This document shows, piece by piece, positions 41,101 to 49,499 of a stretch of 64,000 nt of DNA. A program made the position numbers and the translations under genes. Each line of letters opens with the position of its first letter. The stretch's first letter is position 1. The notes beneath the pieces are model-generated. The model was not told the DNA's origin and did not search any database. It saw nothing but the letters and a program-made list of their open reading frames with translations. The DNA is from Nitrospiraceae bacterium (GTDB lineage Bacteria; Nitrospirota; Nitrospiria; Nitrospirales; Nitrospiraceae), in NCBI GenBank assembly GCA_050246315.1, contig JBFWWG010000013.1:40366-104365 (forward strand), written 5' to 3'.

Positions 41101-42322
41101 CGGGGCGCTCTTCCTGATGGGGTTTGCCGCGCCGGAATCCAAAGATCCGATTCAGGTCGGTCTCGCGATCCAGCACGAGCAGTCCGGGCTGGGTGCGGCA
41201 AATGGTTGCGTGACCGAGGACGATCCGACTATTCCCCACACCGGCCAAGTCTCCGCCCCCTCCTTGGCGAGATGGTATCGCGAAGAGGTCCCGTCCATCC
41301 TATTCCGCGACAAAGCCACGACGGTCAAGGATTGGGTCAGGACTCGATCAATGTCGATGACTCGATATCAGAAGTGGTTGTCGCTGCCGTTTGATGATAC
41401 GGGCTATGGACAGCCCGCGACTCCGGATTGTCGGCTGATTCTGGACGTGCACCGGCTCTTTGTGGCGGAAGGTTTCGCACAAGGCCTGGAACCGGGGATC
41501 GAGCGACTGGAAGCTGATCTTCCCACGTGGCGAGGACTGCTACGGAAGGCCAAGACCTTGGGGACCAAAATGCTCGCCGTTGCGGCCGTCAATGACGATG
41601 CTCGTGTCGTCTCAGGGCTGTTGGGTATGCCGGAGTTAGATGCGCGATCTCTGATGCGATTGGCGAAGCTTGTGTCCCCGCTGGATAGTGCCGAACAGTC
41701 CCTACGCTGGCCCATGCAGCATGAGTTTCTTCTCGCCAAGCAACGGATCGAAATGACTAGCCGGGCCGACCGCCATCCCGCTCGACCCTGGTACGTGGCA
41801 GGGGTTGCGCTGATGCCGCTGCCAGACCAACGTATCCTGAATGCCTATGCTGACTACTATGAAGACCTGATCAAATCCGTCGAGACTGCCCGGACAATGC
41901 CGACGGGGCTCAGTCCTTATTCGCACATCCGAACGCCGGCGGTCCGGCTGGTGGACTACCTGCTCAATCCTGTGAACAATATTCTGGAGGTTCCTCCGGG
42001 GCCTGCTTGGGAGCAACCGATCGGTCAGATACGAGAGACCGATGCATTGCTGCGGTTGGTCAGCCTTCAGGCGTGGATTCGGAAAGGACCCGTGGACGGC
42101 GACGTCAAGACTCGGGTAGCTAAGGCAGGGCAGAATTTCTATGATCCTTTCACGGGCTATCCGATGTTGATCAACCAGGCCACGAATCGGCTGTATAGTG
42201 TGGGGGCCGACGGCAAGGACGACGATGCCGTGGCGCAGAAGGACGTTAGCGTTCGCCTCTCGACCGCGGGCGCACCACCCAGTCTGAGTGCTGCCTCGCC
42301 GACCAGCACTTCATCAAGATAG
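38105..42322 (+). CDS. Large membrane protein: N-terminal TPR, ~750-aa Pro/Glu-rich linker, TM segment, C-terminal extracytoplasmic domain
   Basis: TPR-like helices to ~aa 190, low-complexity acidic middle, hydrophobic stretch around aa 940-975, C-terminal DPFTG..LYSVGADGKDD. Confidence 0.85.
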   Translation: MRGDRRSPTRSDKKAPARAHKRSQGSGPSSSKKSALLEEAITHMNAGRYGRSSSVLKELLTIDPANPEAKRLFATLQLRLGSLVTARNAFQALTDEALERQDYWLAESLLREYLVAGPRCVPFVEKLGSVFELKGDLDAAVEEYVKAVEILVEDPDSEQPDFAARLVTKIAQLSPHNPVLLHLESLLRQAKEHPRDEMPMDEDGTRPRLAPGLSGLDQPATDVEFRIPPAEASSDHERARLPWEEEADDIVVPQQPTAGQDAGASTSSQDVPEQPVQLVGLGTLPVPHDVEIAATHALLSSDRPAPPSPENTLAVAEPESVQRKWSTVPIPESPLSADPRVAEIGQEEVPPASSIGDTALIPAQLKDGVERPGAQLNVIPEPAEMGETSSGLTELRLQEGPTDQDLLPGSRPEPTPLGGGLTATEESPSVEILLRQENSESDRPNEAVPPPMPWEQVQEIRLESMPVETADRLVVEEVNEDLIAGILQQIDLRERLAGELMGAAILEVPDHPLASEPAALPELEPVLDVPSTVSIGKRDEAEIALVTPPADPLPDAPSMPCVTEPKEPFDAAPASEIVAEGSPPATLVEEAFDRPVETSQPGDIAIQSAWLDTAPTLALPQDTDTAVGSAAQIESSEIVRTREDSSREENTSDSSWPLPESEEAPTAGMPTYPSYLDQARVVADPVVPAIQEAAVKDSDYSGTETLLVGETVPESRIGSEPQLITDLEGSPPGYSEPEIVEAADPLSVVGEGTAASPDLADRYGNRSEHERHRQAGALEMGPSIGPEEQLPEAPPISESWVAEPATPFQCRLVPTIADEASREEGATTQPWPVHLRSRSESEQPAGSFAPLESRRHEDEPVAARPAPVTEPSSNLIATLEPATDRTLAQKEASVQFQDSRKPLATVGLTDSTVRPASRPVTATLSRFFLRGALFIRSCFATAHAVAVTLISLTLLSMGCAILLVGGLGLVWLGLEEKPNSAFQDLVAARPQLTEDPNRNGALFLMGFAAPESKDPIQVGLAIQHEQSGLGAANGCVTEDDPTIPHTGQVSAPSLARWYREEVPSILFRDKATTVKDWVRTRSMSMTRYQKWLSLPFDDTGYGQPATPDCRLILDVHRLFVAEGFAQGLEPGIERLEADLPTWRGLLRKAKTLGTKMLAVAAVNDDARVVSGLLGMPELDARSLMRLAKLVSPLDSAEQSLRWPMQHEFLLAKQRIEMTSRADRHPARPWYVAGVALMPLPDQRILNAYADYYEDLIKSVETARTMPTGLSPYSHIRTPAVRLVDYLLNPVNNILEVPPGPAWEQPIGQIRETDALLRLVSLQAWIRKGPVDGDVKTRVAKAGQNFYDPFTGYPMLINQATNRLYSVGADGKDDDAVAQKDVSVRLSTAGAPPSLSAASPTSTSSR

Positions 42323-42437
42323 CCTTCTCTGAAGCTCCGACTTCAGTTTCTGATCGGCCGATTCCCTCGCTGAGCCGGGACCATTCTATTCATCACATTC
42401 AGGAGTGCACTGAGCCTGGATCTTCCGCCGGCGCCGT

Positions 42438-42803
42438 TCATTGAGGAGCCGCTTGAACGTGTGTGGCCTCCTTCACCGGGGGCTCGATCTTGATTTGAGG
42501 CCCCTGAACCTTCGGAAGAAGACCGGCTCCGGGCTTCTCTATGATCCGTTGATCAGTTTGGTTGCTGGAGAGCTCTTGCTTGACATGTGTGTCATCAAAG
42601 GTGGCGGCCTGTTGCAGCGCTCGCGCTCCTGTGGCATTCGATTGCCCTGGATCGTTTGCTAACGGCTGGCCGGCCACCGGGTCAACAGCTTTTCCCATCG
42701 GATAGCCCGGGTGTTGAGGCAACAGGGCGGGATTGGCAAACGCGAGTGTTATCGGGGCTACCGCGCCCAGAACAACCAGGAAGCACCGCAAGGTGTGTCG
42801 CAT
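42438..42803 (-). CDS. Hypothetical secreted protein
   Basis: SD AAGGAGGG; signal peptide ending LAFA-NPALLPQHPGYP. Confidence 0.75.
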   Translation of the reverse strand: MRHTLRCFLVVLGAVAPITLAFANPALLPQHPGYPMGKAVDPVAGQPLANDPGQSNATGARALQQAATFDDTHVKQELSSNQTDQRIIEKPGAGLLPKVQGPQIKIEPPVKEATHVQAAPQ

Positions 42804-43021
42804 GGTACCCTCCTTCCCGAATACACCCACGCCTTCCCCGAGAACCATCGAGGAAGGCATGAGGTCGGTATCGTGGACTGTGATATCGATAAGGCAGCGA
42901 TCGGCAGGCTACCCCGGTTTCATCACGCCCTCCGAGGCATGTGCGGACACGGTCATCCTGCTCCTTGCCGAACACCGGCGCAAGCTGGACCGATTACGTA
43001 CTCATGGCCTCGATCCGCTGC

Positions 43022-43050
43022 TTGACAGGGGTTGATCAAACCCAGAGAAT
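43022..43050 (+). promoter_or_regulatory. Sigma70-like promoter with a palindromic spacer
   Basis: TTGACA-N17-GAGAAT; spacer holds GGGGTTGATCAAACCC (14/16 palindrome). Confidence 0.45.
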
Positions 43051-43080
43051 CATCCGGCGCTTGATCCCTGACAGGGTCGG

Positions 43081-44568
43081 ATGGAGATGGCTCCGCGAAT
43101 GAGACAACGATCCGGGTCCCCCTTCACACGAGAGTTTGTGTCGCCACTTCCGTTTCCTACGCAGGTCATCTCCAACGAGGAATTTCTCCCGTCTCCCCAA
43201 ACCCCCCGCCAGGCCATGGTTGAAACCCTGGCCCTTCGTCTGGCTGAGTCGGCTGCCGCGCGATTGAATGTGACGCGCCGGAATTTTCTGCGTCGATCGG
43301 GTGGAATGGCTGCGGTTTTTCTTGCCATGAACTCCGTGTTCGGGAAAATCTTCGACGTACTGGATGCAGAATTGTTCGATGTGGCCGCGGCCACTGAGCG
43401 CCGCGGCGATCCCTTTTTTATATTCGATGTGCAAACCCACTATGTCAGCACCCACTATGATCCAACCAATGCCGAGTCCAAACGAGAAGGGGCCGTGGCA
43501 AAGGATCGGCTGTTGGCGCTGCGCCGGCGCATCCGTGAAGCGGGATGGAACCCGGCGCTGTTAGCGGACACGGGGACCATGAAGGATCTGTCCTGGGAGA
43601 CGTTCATCAAGGAAGTGTTCCTGGACAGTGACACAACGATCGGACTCATCAGCACTCCGCCTGGTCCCTATCCTCAGGAAGCTGTCGTCCCGCCCAAGGA
43701 GATGGCCCATATCCGAGACGAAGTCAATCGTGTGGCCGGCTCGCAACGGATGCTGGCTCATGGCTTGGCGACGCCTCAGTTGGGCGCCCCCGACCTGGAG
43801 TTCATGGAATTGCAGGTCGCGTCGCTCAAGATCGACGCATGGAAGTGCTATACGGGTTCTTGCCCGAAGGGATTCGACCGCGGATGGTGGATGAGCGACG
43901 AGCGCATCGCATACCCCATGCTCGAAAAGGCCCGCGCTCTCAAGGTCCCTCGCGTGTGCGTCCACAAGGGGCTTCCGTTGGGACCGGTGCCGAACTACAA
44001 CCATCCTAAAGATCTCATCCAGGCCGCGAAGGATTTCCCAGACCTGGATTTCTTGGTCTATCATTCCGGCCTGCTCACTTCCTTGGGAATCGATGAGACC
44101 TTCGCCAAGACCGGGGCCATTCCTTGGACCACGGAATTTTGCCGCATGAAACAGGCCGAGCCGGAGCTTGGAAACATCTACATGGAACTGGGCTCGACCT
44201 TCGCCCAACTGGTCGTCACGCACCCAGCGATCTGTGCGCACCTCCTGGGCCAACTCATTCAAGCATTCGGTGTGGACCATGTGCTCTGGGGGACCGACTC
44301 CATCTGGTATGGCACACCGCAATGGCAGATCGAGGCCTTTAGACGATTTGAGATTCCGGAGCCGCTCGTGGAAGCATACGGCTACCAGCCGTTGACGCGA
44401 TCGGCCAAGGAACGGATTTTCGGTCTCAACGCGGCTAAGCTCTTCGGAATTGACGTCGCGGCCACGCACAATCGGGTGCCCGCGGACTATCTGGGCAGGA
44501 TTCGCATGGCCTATCACGAGGAAGGTCCGCTGCCGAGTCATCGATGGTATGGATGGGTGGCAGGGTGA
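43081..44568 (+). CDS. Amidohydrolase-family (Amidohydro_2) protein
   Basis: FDVQTH, WKCYT, CVHKG, LVYHSG, NIYMELGSTF, VLWGTDSIWYG, IFGLNAAKLF. Confidence 0.88.
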   Translation: MEMAPRMRQRSGSPFTREFVSPLPFPTQVISNEEFLPSPQTPRQAMVETLALRLAESAAARLNVTRRNFLRRSGGMAAVFLAMNSVFGKIFDVLDAELFDVAAATERRGDPFFIFDVQTHYVSTHYDPTNAESKREGAVAKDRLLALRRRIREAGWNPALLADTGTMKDLSWETFIKEVFLDSDTTIGLISTPPGPYPQEAVVPPKEMAHIRDEVNRVAGSQRMLAHGLATPQLGAPDLEFMELQVASLKIDAWKCYTGSCPKGFDRGWWMSDERIAYPMLEKARALKVPRVCVHKGLPLGPVPNYNHPKDLIQAAKDFPDLDFLVYHSGLLTSLGIDETFAKTGAIPWTTEFCRMKQAEPELGNIYMELGSTFAQLVVTHPAICAHLLGQLIQAFGVDHVLWGTDSIWYGTPQWQIEAFRRFEIPEPLVEAYGYQPLTRSAKERIFGLNAAKLFGIDVAATHNRVPADYLGRIRMAYHEEGPLPSHRWYGWVAG

Positions 44569-44713
44569 GAGGTAGTAGGCCGCCTGTTTTCTGCTCGCGC
44601 GCCTCGCACTCCAGATCATCAAACGAACAAAGCTAAGGCCGGTGCTCGGCGGATGCGCACAAGTCAGACGTCCGGTCCGGTACATATAACGAGATGAAGG
44701 GGAAAGGACGAAG

Positions 44714-45397
44714 ATGAAGAGTGAGATCTTGTATCCGGGGGCGTTTCCGATGGTGCGGGTCTTCCTGGATGTCGGCGAAAGCATCAAGGCCGAGTCGGGC
44801 GCGATGGTAGGCGCTTCCCCGACGATCGACGTCGAGAGCAAGCTGGAAGGTGGATTGCTGGGTGCGCTGTCCCGCAAGTTGCTCACCGGTGAAAAATTCT
44901 TCTTCCAAACATTGCGCGCCGCGCGGGGGGCGGGCGAAGTGCTGTTGGCCCCCACGGTTCCCGGAGAAATCGTGGTGGTTGATCTCGACGGCGTCAACGA
45001 ATACTTGGTTCAGAAGGACGGATTTTTGGCGGGAGCCGAGAGCATCAAGATCGAAAGCAAAGTGCAGAGTTTGAGTCGAGGGCTGCTGGGCGGCGAAGGG
45101 TTCTTCATTTTGCGCATCAGCGGGCAGGGGCAGCTCATCCTGAACAGTTTCGGCGCCATCCACAAAATTGAGCTCAAGCCCGAGGAAGAATATATCGTGG
45201 ACAACGCGCATCTCGTCGCCTGGTCGGCGACGACCTCCTATGGCATCGAGCGCGCCTCAACCGGATGGGTGTCAAGCTTTACGTCCGGGGAGGGATTCGT
45301 TTGCCGCTTTCGCGGTCCCGGCGTGGTGTTGATCCAAAGCCGCAATCCCGGCGGATTCGGCAATTGGATCAGGCAATTCATTCCGGTCTCAGAATAG
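44714..45397 (+). CDS. TIGR00266/AIM24 family protein
   Basis: GESIKAESGAMV, GGEGFFIL, YIVDNAHLVAW, SGEGFVCRFRGPG.V.IQSRN. Confidence 0.92.
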   Translation: MKSEILYPGAFPMVRVFLDVGESIKAESGAMVGASPTIDVESKLEGGLLGALSRKLLTGEKFFFQTLRAARGAGEVLLAPTVPGEIVVVDLDGVNEYLVQKDGFLAGAESIKIESKVQSLSRGLLGGEGFFILRISGQGQLILNSFGAIHKIELKPEEEYIVDNAHLVAWSATTSYGIERASTGWVSSFTSGEGFVCRFRGPGVVLIQSRNPGGFGNWIRQFIPVSE

Positions 45398-45400
45398 GGT

Positions 45401-45467
45401 GGTCACTGGTCACTGGTCATCAGTCACTGGTTTTTCCACTGACCAATGACTGGTGACCGATGACAGG
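45401..45467. repeat. Heptamer tandem repeats arranged as an inverted pair
   Basis: GGTCACT GGTCACT GGTCATC AGTCACT ... TGACCAA TGACTGG TGACCGA TGACAGG. Confidence 0.8.
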
Positions 45468-45473
45468 CTCTCA

Positions 45474-46589
45474 ATGACCATCTCCCCCAACGCCCTTTGT
45501 TTCGGATCTGAGTTGCCGGCTTCAGGCGCCGCCTGTTTCGCCAGCCTTTCCCCGAACGGCTTGACTCTCACTTTTCTCCCGGACCGTGGCGGGGGAGCGC
45601 ACAACGTTCCTTTCTCGGCGCTGACCGTGGGAGCGGGGGGCTTCGATCATGACCAGCTCGTGTTGAAGTGGGTTGATCGGGGTCGCGCCTTCGCGCTTCA
45701 CAGCCGAGACCCTGAACTCATCCGGGGGCTTCGAACGACGGCTCCAACGACGTTGGCCACGGCCCTTGCGCAGACCACCGACCAGGTTCGCAGGCGTCGC
45801 ACGATCCGCCGACTTGCCTGGGTGGCGTCGATCGCGATGCTCGCCGGCGTATTGACCTGGCTCTGGTATGGCTCAGACATGTTGGGCGACCTGGTTGTAT
45901 CGCGGATTCCATCATCATGGGAGGAGTCGCTTGGGGAATCGGCGTATCGTCAATTCCTGTCGGGCCAGACGGTTGTGAAGGAGGGGCCGGCGCTGCAAGC
46001 CGTGCAAGCGGTCACCGATCGGTTGACGGCCCATCTTGTTGCCAGTCCGTACCGTTTCCAAGTAACGGTAGTGGAGAATCACGCCGTCAACGCCTTCGCA
46101 CTTCCCGGTGGATACATCGTAGTGTTCAGCGGGCTGCTCAAGAAGGCGAATGGTCCGGAGGAAGTGGCGGGCGTGTTGGGCCACGAGTTGAACCATGTCC
46201 TTCTCCGACATGCCATGGAACGAATCGTTAAGAATATGGGACTGATCGCGGTCGTGACCGTACTGACCGGTAATCAGCAGGGCATGGCCGGCGTGATGAA
46301 AGAACTTGGTATCGAACTGGCCACGCTCAAGTTTGGGCGAGCGCAGGAGCTGGAGGCCGATCTCGAAGGCCTTCGACTCCTGCATCGGGCGAGGGTGTCT
46401 CCCGAGGGGATGATCGGGTTTTTTCAGCGCCTGGCCGACTTGGAGGGGCGGCAGGTGGAGCTGCTCTCGACCCATCCGATGAGTGAGGCTCGCGCGCAGC
46501 GGCTGAAGTCGGAAGCGGCGACGCTGCCTCCCATGACTCCCGAGCCGTTCGCCATCGATTGGCACGCGGTGCAGATTGCGGTGAAGTAG
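45474..46589 (+). CDS. M48 family metallopeptidase
   Basis: VNAFALPGGYIVVFSGLL, VLGHELNHV, FGRAQELEAD, LLSTHP; one TM helix. Confidence 0.92.
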   Translation: MTISPNALCFGSELPASGAACFASLSPNGLTLTFLPDRGGGAHNVPFSALTVGAGGFDHDQLVLKWVDRGRAFALHSRDPELIRGLRTTAPTTLATALAQTTDQVRRRRTIRRLAWVASIAMLAGVLTWLWYGSDMLGDLVVSRIPSSWEESLGESAYRQFLSGQTVVKEGPALQAVQAVTDRLTAHLVASPYRFQVTVVENHAVNAFALPGGYIVVFSGLLKKANGPEEVAGVLGHELNHVLLRHAMERIVKNMGLIAVVTVLTGNQQGMAGVMKELGIELATLKFGRAQELEADLEGLRLLHRARVSPEGMIGFFQRLADLEGRQVELLSTHPMSEARAQRLKSEAATLPPMTPEPFAIDWHAVQIAVK

Positions 46590-47120
46590 ATGATGAGTAG
46601 GACGGCGAAAATCCCAAATGCGACCATGCGGCGAGAAAAACGATCGTTCCGACTGGGCGTGATCGCCGATACGCATGGGCTATTCGATGCGTCGTTGGAA
46701 GTGCACTTTGGCGGGATCGACCATATCGTGCATGCCGGTGATATCGGCGACCGGTCTGTGATGGACCGGCTGGCGAAGATCGCGCCGGTGACGGCGGTGT
46801 CCGGCAATGTGGACGGGTATGGTCTCAGCGGGTTTCCCGTGGACCGTCTGCTGGAACTTGCAGGCTGTCGCATTGCGCTTCGGCATATCGTGTACGAGGG
46901 CGGACGCTTGCATCCAGACGCACGGGCCTTGCTCGACCGCGAGCATCCGGACATTTGTATTTTCGGGCATACGCATCGTCCGCTTATCGAATGGCTCGGT
47001 CCGATGCTCCTATTCAATCCCGGCTCAGCCGGGCCCAAACGTCTCCACCTTCCCAGGGCCATCGGACTCCTCACGATCGACCCCGACCGCGTGACGCCGA
47101 TACACGTGCTCCTGAAGTAA
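46590..47120 (+). CDS. YfcE-like metallophosphoesterase
   Basis: IADTHG, HAGDIG, VSGNVD, FGHTH, FNPGSAGP. Confidence 0.92.
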   Translation: MMSRTAKIPNATMRREKRSFRLGVIADTHGLFDASLEVHFGGIDHIVHAGDIGDRSVMDRLAKIAPVTAVSGNVDGYGLSGFPVDRLLELAGCRIALRHIVYEGGRLHPDARALLDREHPDICIFGHTHRPLIEWLGPMLLFNPGSAGPKRLHLPRAIGLLTIDPDRVTPIHVLLK

Positions 47121-47236
47121 GCAATCCTTCCAGGACAGCCCAGACCCGATGCGTAACGCGGTTGTTCACGCTCCATCAACGGCTGCGGCCTGGACATCGC
47201 TAATCGCTCGAATTATTACCATTCCAGAGGAAATCG

Positions 47237-47265
47237 TTGACAATCTAATTCAACGTCCATATAGT
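47237..47265 (+). promoter_or_regulatory. Near-consensus sigma70 promoter of the TRL gene pair
   Basis: TTGACA-N17-TATAGT in an AT-rich intergenic stretch. Confidence 0.75.
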
Positions 47266-47363
47266 GACGCCGTCTTGAGCAGTCCGGTCTAAGGGGAAGC
47301 CTACAACCCTGACGACATGTTCGCTACCTTCTCAATCCATTCCACATTTAACAGGGAGGGAGT

Positions 47364-47681
47364 ATGAAACGGAACCTAATCCTTGCCGCGGTTGCTGCAA
47401 GTATGTTGACGCTCTACGGTTGTCAACCGGTTCACTCGCCGCTGACCGGTGTCATCTTCAACGAGACTAAGTTTGGCTATGTGGCGACCACCAATGCGGC
47501 GACGACCAAGGAAGGCAAGGCCTGCGGCACCACGATCCTGGGGTGGGTGGCGACCGGGGATATGAGCCTCACCGCGGCCAAAGCGGCCGGTGGGATCACC
47601 AACGTGTCCCATGTGGACCATTCCGCTCATAACATCCTGGGGATCTTCGCGGAATTCTGCACGATCGTGAAGGGCAACTAA
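47364..47681 (+). CDS. TRL-like family lipoprotein, copy 1
   Basis: Lipobox LYGC; KEGKAC..ILGWVATGD.S..AAKAAGGIT.V..VD....NILG....CTIVKG. Confidence 0.85.
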   Translation: MKRNLILAAVAASMLTLYGCQPVHSPLTGVIFNETKFGYVATTNAATTKEGKACGTTILGWVATGDMSLTAAKAAGGITNVSHVDHSAHNILGIFAEFCTIVKGN

Positions 47682-47714
47682 GCCGCCACTCTCTCGACGA
47701 TTGAAGGAGGAGCT

Positions 47715-48032
47715 ATGAAGAAGCATCTCGTGCTTGCAGCATTGACGGTGTCGTTGTTGAGCCTCTACGGGTGCCAGCCGGTGGCGTCGCCCTTGGTGGG
47801 TATTATTTTCAACGAAACCAAGTTTGGGAATCTGGCCACGACCAACGCGGCGGCGACCAAGGAAGGGAAGGCCTGCGGCACCACCATCCTGGGCTGGGTG
47901 GCCACCGGGGACATGAGCATCAGCGCGGCCAAGGCGGCGGGCGGCATCACCAATGTGGCCCATATCGACTATACCGCCAAGAACATCCTCGGGATCTTTG
48001 CAGAGTTCTGCACGATCGTGAAGGGCAACTGA
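47715..48032 (+). CDS. TRL-like family lipoprotein, copy 2
   Basis: Tandem paralog of identical length (105 aa); SD AAGGAGGAG; lipobox LYGC. Confidence 0.85.
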   Translation: MKKHLVLAALTVSLLSLYGCQPVASPLVGIIFNETKFGNLATTNAAATKEGKACGTTILGWVATGDMSISAAKAAGGITNVAHIDYTAKNILGIFAEFCTIVKGN

Positions 48033-48056
48033 CCTCCATTCGGATAGGGTTCGACG

Positions 48057-48088
48057 AAAGGGCCTGGGTAACCAGGCCCTTTTTGTTT
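48057..48088 (+). terminator. Rho-independent terminator
   Basis: AAAGGGCCTGG-GTAA-CCAGGCCCTTTTTGTTT. Confidence 0.9.
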
Positions 48089-48099
48089 GTGGAGACCTG

Positions 48100-48816
48100 A
48101 TGCACAATCGGGTATGCCATGGTTCCAAGGACGATCGGGTGCGGCGTCTCCGTAGATTCCGTGAACGGCGAGGTGCTCGCAACTGGGGAGTCGCGCTCAG
48201 CATAGGCTTTCTTGTAGTACTGACGCTTGCTCCCGACAGTACTTCTGCGCAAACGAAAGATTTTGTATACATCGCGGCAGCGTTGGTCGGAAGCTTTCCC
48301 GAAGATAAGGACGCCGTGTTCCAGGGGCTGTCGCGGGGCGGCACTCAGCTCCGACCGGGCGTCGGATTGGGCATCAAAACCGCAGTCTTCCCGGCTTTTG
48401 TGAAGCGCATGGTCGGGCTGGAACTCGAATACGTCGGGCATTCGGGACGGATCCAATTCCCGCTCTCGGGAGCTAATACGGGACGGTCCGGCAGTTCGGC
48501 GCTCACGGTACTCACGTCTATGGCGAATCTCATGGTGCAATATCCCGACGCGGTCGTACAGCCTTATGCCGGAGTTGGAATGGGATGGGCAACGGGAATC
48601 TTGACCGATACGGACATTCCCGACAGGCCGGATCGCGGCTTCGAGGGAGCGTGGGCATTCAGTTATCAATTCATTACGGGTGCGCGAACGCGACTTTCCC
48701 CACGGACATTCCTCTTTGCCGAGTACAAATATCTTGCGGCCAATTTTCATTGGACTCAATTGGCCGTGGATTTTCGCTCACACTACGTGCTGTTCGGCGT
48801 GGGGCTGAGTTTTTGA
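48100..48816 (+). CDS. Small outer-membrane beta-barrel protein (start uncertain)
   Basis: Signal peptide, QPYAGVGMG, FSYQFITG, FAEYKY, C-terminal FGVGLSF beta-signal. Confidence 0.85.
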   Translation: MHNRVCHGSKDDRVRRLRRFRERRGARNWGVALSIGFLVVLTLAPDSTSAQTKDFVYIAAALVGSFPEDKDAVFQGLSRGGTQLRPGVGLGIKTAVFPAFVKRMVGLELEYVGHSGRIQFPLSGANTGRSGSSALTVLTSMANLMVQYPDAVVQPYAGVGMGWATGILTDTDIPDRPDRGFEGAWAFSYQFITGARTRLSPRTFLFAEYKYLAANFHWTQLAVDFRSHYVLFGVGLSF

Positions 48817-48946
48817 CTGGCCGCATCCGCGCGCAATTAAGGTGGATGGCCTCTGTCTTGCTTCTCGCATTCTGTTATACTTCGCCCCGACCCGTAATCC
48901 ATGCGCTCCGCGTTCATTACAACCCTTTTGCCGGGAGAAGGACAGG

Positions 48947-49456
48947 ATGAGGCACGCCGTCGAGTTCCAACTGGTTGCGATGCTTTTGGCCATACAGGTT
49001 GGGACGGCCTATGCGACCAACCCAGACACAGGCCCAGGGTGCGGGTTAGGTAAAATGCTGTGGGCCGATCATAAGAACCAAAAGAACATCGCCCCTCAGG
49101 TATTGATGGTGACGACCAATGGCACGGGGATGAACACGTTCGCGATCAGTTCCGGAACCTCCGGATGCACGAATGACGGGCAGGTGTGGGCTGAGCAGAA
49201 GGTCACGACCTTTGCGAGCCTCAATTTCGACAATCTGGCCCAAGAGATGGCTCAAGGAGAAGGCGAGCATCTGTCCTCCCTGGCCACGCTCATGGGTGTG
49301 CCCGCCGAGCATCAAGCCGAGTTTTTTGCGATGACACAGGAGAAATACACGAGCCTGATGCAGGGAGGAGCGTCTTCCCCCATGGCCTTAATTAAAGACT
49401 TGAATGACGCGATCGACGGCCATCCGATCCTCGCGAAGGCCACCGCGCCCCACTGA
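48947..49456 (+). CDS. DUF3015-family secreted protein
   Basis: Signal AYA; GPGCGLG, TFAISSGTSGC, LAQEMAQGEGEHLSSLATLMG; extended -10 TGTTATACT upstream. Confidence 0.85.
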   Translation: MRHAVEFQLVAMLLAIQVGTAYATNPDTGPGCGLGKMLWADHKNQKNIAPQVLMVTTNGTGMNTFAISSGTSGCTNDGQVWAEQKVTTFASLNFDNLAQEMAQGEGEHLSSLATLMGVPAEHQAEFFAMTQEKYTSLMQGGASSPMALIKDLNDAIDGHPILAKATAPH

Positions 49457-49499
49457 AGGCCTTGCGGTTCCCGATTGTTCAAGATTTGGGGAAGCTCGG

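Noticed and set aside
47270..47363. Leader of the TRL genes as a possible riboswitch
   Set aside because: Only a short AGGG/CCCT stem; no recognisable aptamer or expression platform.
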